From: Bacteroidia bacterium
GTDB taxonomy: Bacteria; Bacteroidota; Bacteroidia; AKYH767-A; JBBKVM01
DNA: 64,000 nucleotides
Direction of reading: 5' to 3'
Assembly: GCA_037968415.1 (NCBI GenBank)
Contig: JBBKVM010000078.1
Span: 4,358 to 68,357 of the forward strand
Part shown: positions 47,947 to 56,714 of the stretch, piece after piece
How positions within the stretch are numbered: position 1 is the stretch's first letter
Layout: the number at the start of each line of letters is the position of its first letter
The notes under the pieces: generated by a model
What the model was told of the DNA's origin: nothing
What the model saw: only the letters and a program-made list of their open reading frames with translations
Database searches by the model: none
Program-made: the position numbers and the translations under genes

Positions 47947-47997
47947 GTTTTTTTGGATATCAGTGTGCATAACATTGCAAAAGCTAAATTAACCAAT

Positions 47998-48117
47998 ATG
48001 AAGCAAACGGATTCTGAAGAAAAATTTGTGCCCAAAGGCGCTATGACGTTTTTTTTATTGTTGATGGGGCTTATGGCTGCTATCTGGTATTCTATCTACA
48101 TCATATTACTTAACTAA
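47998..48117 (+). CDS. cbaD: Cytochrome ba3 oxidase subunit IIa (39 aa; not in ORF track)
   Basis: MKQTDSEEKFVPKGAMTFFLLLMGLMAAIWYSIYIILLN: the EE..PKGA-hydrophobic-W..Y pattern of Thermus subunit IIa; 7 nt upstream of subunit II. Confidence 0.8.
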   Translation: MKQTDSEEKFVPKGAMTFFLLLMGLMAAIWYSIYIILLN

Positions 48118-48124
48118 ATCAGAC

Positions 48125-48562
48125 ATGGATCGTTTTGAAAAAACTGCGTTGATGATTGCGGGAGCAATGCTGATGATCTTTTTCTTTTCAGTGTTGTATG
48201 CCGTAAAACAACGAGACCGCAATGTACCCCAGTGTGTGCCTTATGATCAGCCATACAGCAAAGGGAAACTGGTGCAACTGGATGCTAATACTTACCAATT
48301 ATACTACCTGGCCAAAATGTGGAGTTTTGATCCGCCCACCGTTGAGATACCTTTAGGGAGCGTAGTTGATATTTTTGTTACGTCAGCTGATGTGGTACAT
48401 GGGCTTCACATTGTGGAAAAAAAGGTAAACATGATGGCGGTAGGGGGCAGCCTCAATTTGCAGACTGTAACATTTGATAAGCCTGGAGTCTACAAAGTTA
48501 CTTGTCATGAGTTTTGCGGCATGGCGCATCAAACTATGCAAGGAGAAATTATTGTTAAATAG
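48125..48562 (+). CDS. cbaB: Cytochrome ba3-type oxidase subunit II (CuA)
   Basis: Single N-terminal TM helix; MWSFDP, DVVHG and CHEFCGMAHQTM CuA ligands. Confidence 0.9.
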   Translation: MDRFEKTALMIAGAMLMIFFFSVLYAVKQRDRNVPQCVPYDQPYSKGKLVQLDANTYQLYYLAKMWSFDPPTVEIPLGSVVDIFVTSADVVHGLHIVEKKVNMMAVGGSLNLQTVTFDKPGVYKVTCHEFCGMAHQTMQGEIIVK

Positions 48563-48580
48563 TACCAACCACACATTAGT

Positions 48581-50260
48581 ATGCAAATAAACAGACTGAC
48601 ACAAAGGGTTTTGTTCTGGCAAATCACTATCCCCATTCTAATGCTAACCTTGGGTATCTATCATGGTCTGATGCAGGTTCTTTACAGGGCAGGGATTGTC
48701 CAAAGCGCTTCTTTTTTGGGACTTGAATATTATCAGGGTCTAACATTGCATGGCGTTATCAATGCCATTGTTGTGACCACTTTTTTTATTACAGCTTTCG
48801 GTCATACTTTGATTATTTATTACCTAAAAAAAGAGCTGCATCCCGGATTGGTTTTAAGTTCGTTTCTGACTATGCTCATAGGAACTGTGGCGGCCGCGTG
48901 GGCCATTCTGGCCGGAAAAGCTACTGTACTCTACACTTTTTATCCACCATTGATGGCGCATCCTGCTTTTTACATAGGAGCGGTGCTGATAGTGGTAGGA
49001 TCTTGGATCGGATTATATAGTTGGATCAAGCCCTATCTGCAATGGCGAAAAGAAAATCCGGATACTAAAATACCACTTGCAGTGGTAGGTATATTTTCAA
49101 CATTTATTGTCTGGTTTATAGCTACGCTACCTGTCGCCTATGAAATATTATTCATGCTGTTACCATGGTCCTTGGGCTGGATCGATGAAGTGAACGTAAT
49201 GCTGGCACGCACGTTGTTTTGGTTTTTTGGTCACCCGCTTGTTTATTTTTGGTTGTTGCCTGCTTACATCATGTATTATGTGATGTTGCCCAAACTTGCC
49301 GGTGGCAAGTTGTTTTCCGACCGCGCAGGCAGGATTGTCTTTTATCTTTTTATCGTGCTTAGCATACCTGTGGGAGTGCACCACCAGTTCGCTGATCCTG
49401 CCATTACACAAGGTTTAAAAATGATGCATACAGTGCTCACTTTTGGTGTGGCGGTGCCTAGTATTATTACAGCGTTTACTATGGCCGCATCGCTCGAGTA
49501 TGCCGGCCGGCAGCGTGGGGCTACTGGGTTGCTCAACTGGATGGGCAAACTTCCATTTTTCGATCGTGAGCGTTATTTGTTTGCATACCTCATCAGCGGT
49601 CTTATCATATTCATTTTTGGTGGACTCACCGGGTTGGTTAACGCATCTTACAGCATGAACATGGTGATTCACAATACAGCCTGGTTGCCCGGCCATTTCC
49701 ATCTTACGGTGGCGGGGCCTGCTTTTTTGGCCATACTCGGTGGCTCTATTCATCTTGTTTCGAAATTATCGGGCAAAGAAATTAAACTCAAAAGTTGGAA
49801 TGTATTGGTGCCGTATGTGTGGTTGTTGGGGTTGATGTTGTTTTCATCAGGGCTCATGCTGGGTGGCCTAGAGGGTGAGCCACGTAGAACCAACCTGGGG
49901 TTGACATACACAAATCCTGACAGTCCATTATTTCGTGCCGACTGGATCACTTATGTTCACGTAACCATGGTTGGAGGAATTATAATGACTATTTCTGCGC
50001 TCATGTACTTCAGTGTATTTTTTACCACATTATTGGGGAAGAAATCTTTTGAACCTACAGTTGAATTTGCTTCATCTGAGTCTTATCATGACGAGCCAAG
50101 GGTAGGGTGGTTGGATACATTTACACCATGGATAATACTTGCGGTTATAATTATTCTGATTGCATACATCCCAGCAATAATGGATGTGTTGGAGAACACT
50201 GGCCCCGGCTCGCCAACATTTTCACCTAACTCTCCCATCCCAATCAAACCCGGTTATTGA
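48581..50260 (+). CDS. cbaA: Cytochrome ba3-type (B-family) heme-copper oxidase subunit I
   Basis: YYQGLTLHG, FWFFGHPLVY (His-Tyr), GVHHQFADP, WLPGHFHLTV and PRRT motifs. Confidence 0.92.
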   Translation: MQINRLTQRVLFWQITIPILMLTLGIYHGLMQVLYRAGIVQSASFLGLEYYQGLTLHGVINAIVVTTFFITAFGHTLIIYYLKKELHPGLVLSSFLTMLIGTVAAAWAILAGKATVLYTFYPPLMAHPAFYIGAVLIVVGSWIGLYSWIKPYLQWRKENPDTKIPLAVVGIFSTFIVWFIATLPVAYEILFMLLPWSLGWIDEVNVMLARTLFWFFGHPLVYFWLLPAYIMYYVMLPKLAGGKLFSDRAGRIVFYLFIVLSIPVGVHHQFADPAITQGLKMMHTVLTFGVAVPSIITAFTMAASLEYAGRQRGATGLLNWMGKLPFFDRERYLFAYLISGLIIFIFGGLTGLVNASYSMNMVIHNTAWLPGHFHLTVAGPAFLAILGGSIHLVSKLSGKEIKLKSWNVLVPYVWLLGLMLFSSGLMLGGLEGEPRRTNLGLTYTNPDSPLFRADWITYVHVTMVGGIIMTISALMYFSVFFTTLLGKKSFEPTVEFASSESYHDEPRVGWLDTFTPWIILAVIIILIAYIPAIMDVLENTGPGSPTFSPNSPIPIKPGY

Positions 50261-50907
50261 GGATGAAACAGAAAGCATTTTTCAAGAATCCGTTTGCACT
50301 TCTTTTGCTGGTGATAGTGATGCCATTGTTGGCCTATGGCGTGTATGAATATATTCAAAACAAGAATTATGTACTTCCAGTTTTAGGCCCTGTAGAATTG
50401 GCTGCAAATGGAGATACACTATTTCATGTCATTGAAGATTTTGAATTTGTGGACCAAACAGGGCAAACTATCGATAAGCAAATCACACTTAATAAAGTGG
50501 TTGTAATTGATTTCTTTTTTATCTCGTGCGCAGGCATTTGCCCCAAAATGTCAAGGCAGATGCAACGTGTGCATCAGCAATTTTTGAAAGATGATAATGT
50601 AGTGCTCCTTTCGCACACTGTAGATCCTGCGCGCGACAACCAGGAAGCGATGAGTGCTTATGCTGAATTATACGGGGCTAGTGGCAATTGGTATTTTTTA
50701 ACCGGAGATAAACCTTCGTTGTACAAGGCCGCGCGCAACAGCTACATGTTGGTGGCCTCAGAAGGGGATGGCGGTGACAACGATTTTATTCACAGCGAGA
50801 AGTTTGTGCTTCTGGACAAGCAAGGCAGAATTCGCGGTTATTACGATGGAACTGCAGAAACCGAAGTAAATCAGTTGATGAGCGATGTCAGATTGTTGTT
50901 GAAATAG
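50257..50907 (+). CDS. SCO family copper chaperone
   Basis: FFISCAGICP (CxxxC), HTVDP, WYFLTG and IHSEKFVLLD; overlaps the cbaA stop by 4 nt. Confidence 0.92.
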   Translation: MRMKQKAFFKNPFALLLLVIVMPLLAYGVYEYIQNKNYVLPVLGPVELAANGDTLFHVIEDFEFVDQTGQTIDKQITLNKVVVIDFFFISCAGICPKMSRQMQRVHQQFLKDDNVVLLSHTVDPARDNQEAMSAYAELYGASGNWYFLTGDKPSLYKAARNSYMLVASEGDGGDNDFIHSEKFVLLDKQGRIRGYYDGTAETEVNQLMSDVRLLLK

Positions 50908-51066
50908 AGTGATGTGTTTTCTGAGTTGATGCTTGTTTTTCGAGAGCATTTTTCCAATAATTTTTTGACCAAAACCTATTGATGGCCAATTTGGTTGATA
51001 ATCAAGGATATGAATTGTATTAGTGAAAGGAATTTCACTTAATTTAGCTTTATAAATAACACACCG

Positions 51067-53739
51067 ATGAAGCTAAAATTATACTCCCTCCTCATTGCGA
51101 TAATAGTGGCAAACAGCACGCTATTACATGCGCAAGTAATCAACTGTGCTGCGCCCGCAGGCTTAACTTCAACAGTAACAACCGCCAGTACTGTTACACT
51201 ACATTGGACTGCTACTACTGGAGTGAGTTTGTTCAATTTACAATACCGCGCGGTTACTCCTGCCAACACTGCCTGGACACAGCAGTTTTCGCAAACAACA
51301 ACTGTCACCGTTTCAAATTTGTTGTGTGGCCAGGTGTACGAGTGGCAAGTGCAATCAATTTGCGGAACGTCCACCAATAACGTTAGCAACTGGGTGGCCG
51401 GAACTGTATTTACTTTATTGCCATGCAACACCACTTGCCCCGCGCCTTCCGCATTAACAGTGGCCAACATCTCATCCACCGGTGCCACGTTTGGATGGAC
51501 AGCAGTTGTCGGTGTATCTGGCTATCATTTGCAATACAAACCTGTCAATTCAACAATTAGCTGGACCAGCGCCACATCTGGCACCAACTCGTTGACACTT
51601 CAAAACCTAACCTGCGGAACCACTTACGAGTGGCAAGTGCAAACTGTATGCAATGCCGGAGGATCAGTAAACACATTTTCACCATTTGTAGCGGGCCCGG
51701 TATTTACTACTATAGCTTGTAGTACTCCTTGCCCTGCACCTACCGCACTCAACGTGTCAAACATAGCACAAACCAGCGCAACGCTATCATGGACATCGTC
51801 ATCTAGTAACATAGCTTTTGTAGTTCAGTACAAGCCAGTGAACACGCCCAACACACCTTGGACAACAATTACAGGAACTTCAGCTCCCGTTCAACTTTCC
51901 GGATTGTTGTGTGGCACTACTTACGAGTGGCAAGTCACTGCTCATTGCCCTAACAGCAATGGCACAGTTGTGACAAGTACCACTGTGGCCGGCCCTTCCT
52001 TTACTACACTGGCTTGCGCCAGTACTTGCCCTTCGCCTTCCGTGTTGACAGTATCCGGGATCACTGCAAATGGTGCCATACTTAGCTGGACTGCGGCTTT
52101 AGGTGTGTCCGGTTATCATCTGCAATATAAGCCCACCAACTCAACAACCGGCTGGTCCAGCGTCACATCGGGTACTAATTCGTTGACGCTTCAAAATCTA
52201 ACATGTGGAACTACTTACGAATGGCAAGTTCAATCAGTTTGTAATGCCGCGGGCACATTAAATTCTTTTTCGCCATTTGTATCAGGGCTTGTATTTACTA
52301 CTGCGGCTTGCAGTACACCCTGCCCTGCACCCACCTCGCTCAGCGTTACAAATATTACACAAACCAGTGCCACACTTTCATGGGCCTCCTCATCAAATAA
52401 TATTGCCTTTGTCGTTCAGTACAAACCGGTAAACACACCCAACACACCCTGGGCAACCATTACCGGCACCGCTTCTCCTGTTCAGCTTTCCGGTTTGTTG
52501 TGCGGTACCACTTACGAATGGCAAGTCATTGCCCATTGCCCAAACAGCAATGGTAGTGTGGTGACAAGCACCACCATAGCCGGCTTTGCTTTTACCACAA
52601 TGGCCTGCGCCAATACTTGCCCACCGCCTAACGCACTGACTGTTTCTGGCATCACTGCTAATGGTGCTATACTTAGCTGGAATGCAGCGACTGGTGTCTC
52701 TGGTTATCATATCCAATACAAGCCTACGAATTCAACCATCGGCTGGACCAGTGTTACATCAGGCACCAACTCGTTGACGCTTCAAAACTTAACCTGCGGA
52801 ACCACTTACGAATGGCAACTGCAATCAGTTTGTAACGCCACGGGCACATTAAATTCTTTTTCGCCATTTGTTGCCGGTCCGGTGTTTACCACGCTGCCAT
52901 GCAACACGCCTTGCCCCATACCCGGAGGAACTCACACAACTCAAATTACCTCATCATCAGCAGTGGCCGGCTGGTCAGCTGTGCAAAGCGCAGTGATGTA
53001 TCAGGTAAGATACCGAGCGTTGTCAAGTGTTTTTCCTTCCAACTGGCTTGTGATATCCACTCAGAATTTGAATCAGTCGTTGTATAATCTTGCATGTGGC
53101 ACAGCATATGAGTGGCAAGTACAAACCCTTTGCGGAAACGGAAGTGCTACCAACGCCAACCCAAGCGGATACTCACCTAGTACAGTATTTACCACATTAC
53201 CTTGTACAACACTTTGTGCAGCACCTACTGGACTTACTTCATCTGTATTATCCAGCGGCAGTGCCACTCTCAGCTGGAATTCAACCGGGGCGTTCAATTA
53301 TCATGTGCGATATCGTTCAGTAAATAGCAACACATGGTTGTTTGCCGGAAGTGCTACAAATTCAGTTACAATCAATGGGTTGTTGGCAAGCACAGGTTAT
53401 GTGTGGCAGGTACAAAGTGCTTGTGGCAATTCAAATGGCACCGTTGTCTTGAGCGGATGGTCAGTGTTGTCGACACTCATTACGCCTGTGCTTAGTCCTC
53501 CGTTTCCAAATCCAGCTGCTACCGAACTCACCATTCCTGTTCAGTTGATAGAAGAGGGTGATGTGCGTGTGGAGTTGCGTAACAGCATGGGTATGCTTGC
53601 GCTTGAAGAAAACAGATATTTGGTAAATGGAGATATTTATGTGAAACTCAGCACCGGTCAACTGTCGGGTGGGTTGTATTTTGTATACGTGCATACCGCA
53701 GCCGGCATACAGGTTCACAAAGTTTACATTAGAAACTAA
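51067..53739 (+). CDS. Secreted protein with 8 Cys-rich fibronectin type III domains and a T9SS type A CTD
   Basis: Signal peptide ending LHA-Q; eight ~98-aa units CP.P..L......A...W......Y..QY...W......L..L.CGT.YEWQVQ..C; CTD PFPNPA...GLYFVYV...HKVYI. Confidence 0.85.
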   Translation: MKLKLYSLLIAIIVANSTLLHAQVINCAAPAGLTSTVTTASTVTLHWTATTGVSLFNLQYRAVTPANTAWTQQFSQTTTVTVSNLLCGQVYEWQVQSICGTSTNNVSNWVAGTVFTLLPCNTTCPAPSALTVANISSTGATFGWTAVVGVSGYHLQYKPVNSTISWTSATSGTNSLTLQNLTCGTTYEWQVQTVCNAGGSVNTFSPFVAGPVFTTIACSTPCPAPTALNVSNIAQTSATLSWTSSSSNIAFVVQYKPVNTPNTPWTTITGTSAPVQLSGLLCGTTYEWQVTAHCPNSNGTVVTSTTVAGPSFTTLACASTCPSPSVLTVSGITANGAILSWTAALGVSGYHLQYKPTNSTTGWSSVTSGTNSLTLQNLTCGTTYEWQVQSVCNAAGTLNSFSPFVSGLVFTTAACSTPCPAPTSLSVTNITQTSATLSWASSSNNIAFVVQYKPVNTPNTPWATITGTASPVQLSGLLCGTTYEWQVIAHCPNSNGSVVTSTTIAGFAFTTMACANTCPPPNALTVSGITANGAILSWNAATGVSGYHIQYKPTNSTIGWTSVTSGTNSLTLQNLTCGTTYEWQLQSVCNATGTLNSFSPFVAGPVFTTLPCNTPCPIPGGTHTTQITSSSAVAGWSAVQSAVMYQVRYRALSSVFPSNWLVISTQNLNQSLYNLACGTAYEWQVQTLCGNGSATNANPSGYSPSTVFTTLPCTTLCAAPTGLTSSVLSSGSATLSWNSTGAFNYHVRYRSVNSNTWLFAGSATNSVTINGLLASTGYVWQVQSACGNSNGTVVLSGWSVLSTLITPVLSPPFPNPAATELTIPVQLIEEGDVRVELRNSMGMLALEENRYLVNGDIYVKLSTGQLSGGLYFVYVHTAAGIQVHKVYIRN
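51436..52911 (+). repeat. Intragenic tandem array A-B-A-B-A (A 294 nt, B 297 nt; 591-nt period)
   Basis: A1 51436-51729, B1 51730-52026, A2 52027-52320, B2 52321-52617, A3 52618-52911; long shared nucleotide tracts such as AACTCGTTGACxCTTCAAAAC and ACTTACGAxTGGCAA. Confidence 0.9.
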
Positions 53740-53759
53740 TAAATGGAGATACTAAAGAA

Positions 53760-53786
53760 CGCGCTTTGCCTGCTAGGCAAAGCGCG
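53760..53786. terminator. Hairpin between convergent T9SS cargo genes
   Basis: CGCGCTTTGCCT-GCT-AGGCAAAGCGCG, a 12-bp stem. Confidence 0.7.
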
Positions 53787-53794
53787 CTCTTTAA

Positions 53795-55579
53795 TTATAA
53801 AACTAAAATCTTAACGGTGCGTGAAGTAAATCTGCTTTGCACCTGCAATCCATAAACACCAGGACTTAAAGTTTTATTCGGAGTCACTTTGAGTGGTGGA
53901 TCGCCCGATTTCCAATTGAAAAATTGTGTGTGCTCTGCTACACCAGCTAGGTTGATGATGGTGATAGAGTTGTTTTGCTCACTATTTAAACGTACCCAAA
54001 TTTCATTGCTGGTAGGATTAGGAAAAACATCAAAACTCAAGACATCGGTCGTTTGATTTTGATTGCTAGTAATTAATGGGACACAGCTAGCAATTGCGCT
54101 TCCGCCAGTATACCTAATCTTGGCGGGGATTGTGCCGCTGTTCAGTGTGTTGGGAATTCCAATTGTGGGCCACGTACCCGCATTCACCCAATACATGGGT
54201 GCAGCAGAATAGTAGTAGCCCAAGTCATTGAGTGTGCCAGTTCCGGTAGGTTGAATCGTTCCTTTAATGTTATTGCCATGTGCGAAATGCCCGCTTCCGT
54301 TCAGTATATAATTCCCAAGCGTAAACCCGGTATTGGTTACCTCATTGCCTACAAAATTTTGCGCATCAGATTGTACACTTCCCGTGCTCATAATGATACC
54401 ATATAGTTCAGCGCGGTTTCTCAAAAAAGTATTGTAAGGTCCTGAAGGCCCCCATGCCTGATCAATGTGTATGTTCTGCACGATGTTTCCTTCAAACAAA
54501 TTCGCGTATGCAAAATGACCATGTAAAGAAATGTCACCTCCTGCATTGGTTGGGAATTCGGTGCGCAATGGCTCTATGGAATAATTGTATCCAAACACAT
54601 TTCCGTTGGCACCTTCTTTTACTATCATCGCGTGTCGCAATTTTCTGAACACATTATTTTCTATCAGGCAATTGCTCGTTCGCTGGCGCAACATTACTCC
54701 ATATCCGCGAGTGCTGGTGCCATCATATGCAAATGATTCATGAATGTAACATTCGGACATTGTGATATGATTGCTACTATTAATACTTATGTGACTGCCA
54801 TTACTGCGATAACTGTAAACGCCTTGAAGATTGGAGTTGTAGGCGTAATCAAGATTTATATTATATGCATCTCCCGAAGTGACAGTGTCAAGACGTTGAA
54901 TAACTATGCACTTCAGACCAGTAGCCACAATCGGATTGAGAACCCTTATTTGTGGCATCAATAAGCTATCGTAAGTAATTCTAAGAGCCTCGTTAAGGAA
55001 AAGAGTGTCTCCGATGATGGAAGTGATTTTGGTTAGTTGACCAACGCTATAGCTCGCCCACGATGCAGGTTGTGTATCCCATGTTCCATTTTGTTGTCTC
55101 AATTCCACATGGCTGCCCACGGTAAAAGCTCCCACATTGTTCACCACTAGGGCCGAAGATCCTTTAATGTAGCCACTTACTATTGAGGAGAAAATGCCCG
55201 TTTGCGCTCTGGATATATTTATACAATTGCTCACCGCTCCTGACAGGTCGAAAAGTAGCCTTGTTGAATCGGCAGAATAGCCGCTGATAATTACACTGTC
55301 GCTTATCGTCAGATTACCCTTCAATAAATACTGACCCGGAGGGAAATATAGCTCAGCCTTAGAAATGTTTGCAATGTTAAGGGCTGCTTGTACGGCTGCG
55401 TGGTCATTGGTTATTCCATCGCCAACCGCACCATGGTTGAGTACATTCACTTGCAATGCGGGTACATATTTGTTGCCATCGTAACCTGCACCGGACCAAT
55501 CGGAGTATTGTGATGATGGTACTACTTGCGCATTGACCTGCAGCACCAGTAAACAACATATAGCCAATATGAGTTTCAT
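53795..55579 (-). CDS. Secreted right-handed beta-helix (pectate lyase 3 / GH28-like) protein with T9SS CTD
   Basis: Signal peptide MKLILAICCLLVLQVNA-Q (start 55579); VNVLNHGAVGDGITNDHAAVQAAL; Asn-ladder repeats (LIENNVF, NVFGYN, NLFEGN); CTD VFPNPT...GVYGLQV. Confidence 0.8.
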   Translation of the reverse strand: MKLILAICCLLVLQVNAQVVPSSQYSDWSGAGYDGNKYVPALQVNVLNHGAVGDGITNDHAAVQAALNIANISKAELYFPPGQYLLKGNLTISDSVIISGYSADSTRLLFDLSGAVSNCINISRAQTGIFSSIVSGYIKGSSALVVNNVGAFTVGSHVELRQQNGTWDTQPASWASYSVGQLTKITSIIGDTLFLNEALRITYDSLLMPQIRVLNPIVATGLKCIVIQRLDTVTSGDAYNINLDYAYNSNLQGVYSYRSNGSHISINSSNHITMSECYIHESFAYDGTSTRGYGVMLRQRTSNCLIENNVFRKLRHAMIVKEGANGNVFGYNYSIEPLRTEFPTNAGGDISLHGHFAYANLFEGNIVQNIHIDQAWGPSGPYNTFLRNRAELYGIIMSTGSVQSDAQNFVGNEVTNTGFTLGNYILNGSGHFAHGNNIKGTIQPTGTGTLNDLGYYYSAAPMYWVNAGTWPTIGIPNTLNSGTIPAKIRYTGGSAIASCVPLITSNQNQTTDVLSFDVFPNPTSNEIWVRLNSEQNNSITIINLAGVAEHTQFFNWKSGDPPLKVTPNKTLSPGVYGLQVQSRFTSRTVKILVL

Positions 55580-55749
55580 CGTATAAATGTAGTCATAACA
55601 TTGAGGTGTTTCCTCGATTAAATAAACCTTAAGTGAGTTGGTTCGTCTGTGAAGGGTTGCAAGGCTCAATTGTTCTCAAAATTTGCTTAATTGCAGGTCG
55701 GTTTAAAAACCGTAATAGAATTTACCTTCCACATCAAATTCTTTAGCAG

Positions 55750-56148
55750 ATGAGAAAAAATATTTTGTTGGTGTTTATTATTATCGGTACAGCCTTTACA
55801 TCGTGCCAAAAAGAAGCAGGCGAGGGGGGTAATTCAACCATCACCGGGCGGATTTGGGTGCGTAATTATAATGCCAATTTTACACAGCTTAACGGTCAAT
55901 ATGCGGGGGCCGATGAAGATGTATACATCATATATGGTGACGATGTGACTTATGGCGACCGCCAAAAAGCATCTCCCGATGGCATTTTCGAGTTCAAATA
56001 CCTTCGCAAAGGCGACTACCGCATCTACATTTACTCTAAAGACAGCACCATGCAATCACCTTCCGGCAAGGTAACTTTTACAAGAGATGCAGCCATAAAG
56101 TCGAAGAAAGAGACGGTTGATTTGGGCACTATCACCATTATTAATTAA
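55750..56148 (+). CDS. Hypothetical lipoprotein, transthyretin/CnaB-like beta-sandwich
   Basis: Lipobox FTSC followed by QKE; TITGRI...DGIFEFKYLRKGDYRIY pattern; first gene of a coupled operon. Confidence 0.7.
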   Translation: MRKNILLVFIIIGTAFTSCQKEAGEGGNSTITGRIWVRNYNANFTQLNGQYAGADEDVYIIYGDDVTYGDRQKASPDGIFEFKYLRKGDYRIYIYSKDSTMQSPSGKVTFTRDAAIKSKKETVDLGTITIIN

Positions 56149-56153
56149 GCAAA

Positions 56154-56714
56154 ATGAGACAGGGATTAGTGTTGTTATTATTTTGTGCATTTGCTTGCAA
56201 CATAGGATGGGCCCAAAGCAAAAAGCAAATTAAAAAGTATGGCATTAAATCAGTGAATGTCACTGTCGCTGATTCGGATGGAGGAAAGACAAGAGTCGAA
56301 TCAGCTATCAGTTTTGACAAACGTGGAAATGTGCTGCAAGAAAAAGAATATGGTAAATCGGGAGAGTTGAAGAAAACAACCACTGTGCGTTACGACAAAC
56401 ATAACAATCCACTTGAAGAGACCATAACCGGAAAGAATGGTGAGGTCATTAAACGAATGTTGGCCACTTATGATTTTGAAGGAAAGAAGTTGGAAGAAGT
56501 AGAAACCAACGCAGAGGGCACGGTTTTGTTAAAGACTGTGTATGAATACAACAAGTTTGGCGAGAAAATATTGGAAGAAGTGACCGGTAGTGATGGACTC
56601 ATGAAAGAAAAAACAGTATACACTTATGACAAGTTTGGTTTGCGCATACAGAAAGATATATTTGACGGAACAGGCAAATTTGTGCTACAGAAAAAGTACA
56701 GTTACGAGTTATAG
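56154..56714 (+). CDS. Hypothetical exported protein with five YD-like beta-hairpin repeats
   Basis: Signal peptide ending GWA-Q; repeats SFDKRGN, RYDKHNN, TYDFEGK, EYNKFGE, TYDKFGL at about 24-26-aa spacing. Confidence 0.7.
   Translation: MRQGLVLLLFCAFACNIGWAQSKKQIKKYGIKSVNVTVADSDGGKTRVESAISFDKRGNVLQEKEYGKSGELKKTTTVRYDKHNNPLEETITGKNGEVIKRMLATYDFEGKKLEEVETNAEGTVLLKTVYEYNKFGEKILEEVTGSDGLMKEKTVYTYDKFGLRIQKDIFDGTGKFVLQKKYSYEL

Noticed and set aside
51022-51039. AGTGAAA-GGAA-TTTCACT inverted repeat upstream of the FN3 gene
   Set aside because: The arms are only 7 bp in AT-rich DNA with no U tract and no second copy seen; too weak to call.
51436-52911. Possible CRISPR array or non-coding tandem repeat
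   Set aside because: The units are 294-297 nt, in frame and vary mostly at synonymous sites; they are protein domain repeats, with no repeat-spacer structure and no cas genes.
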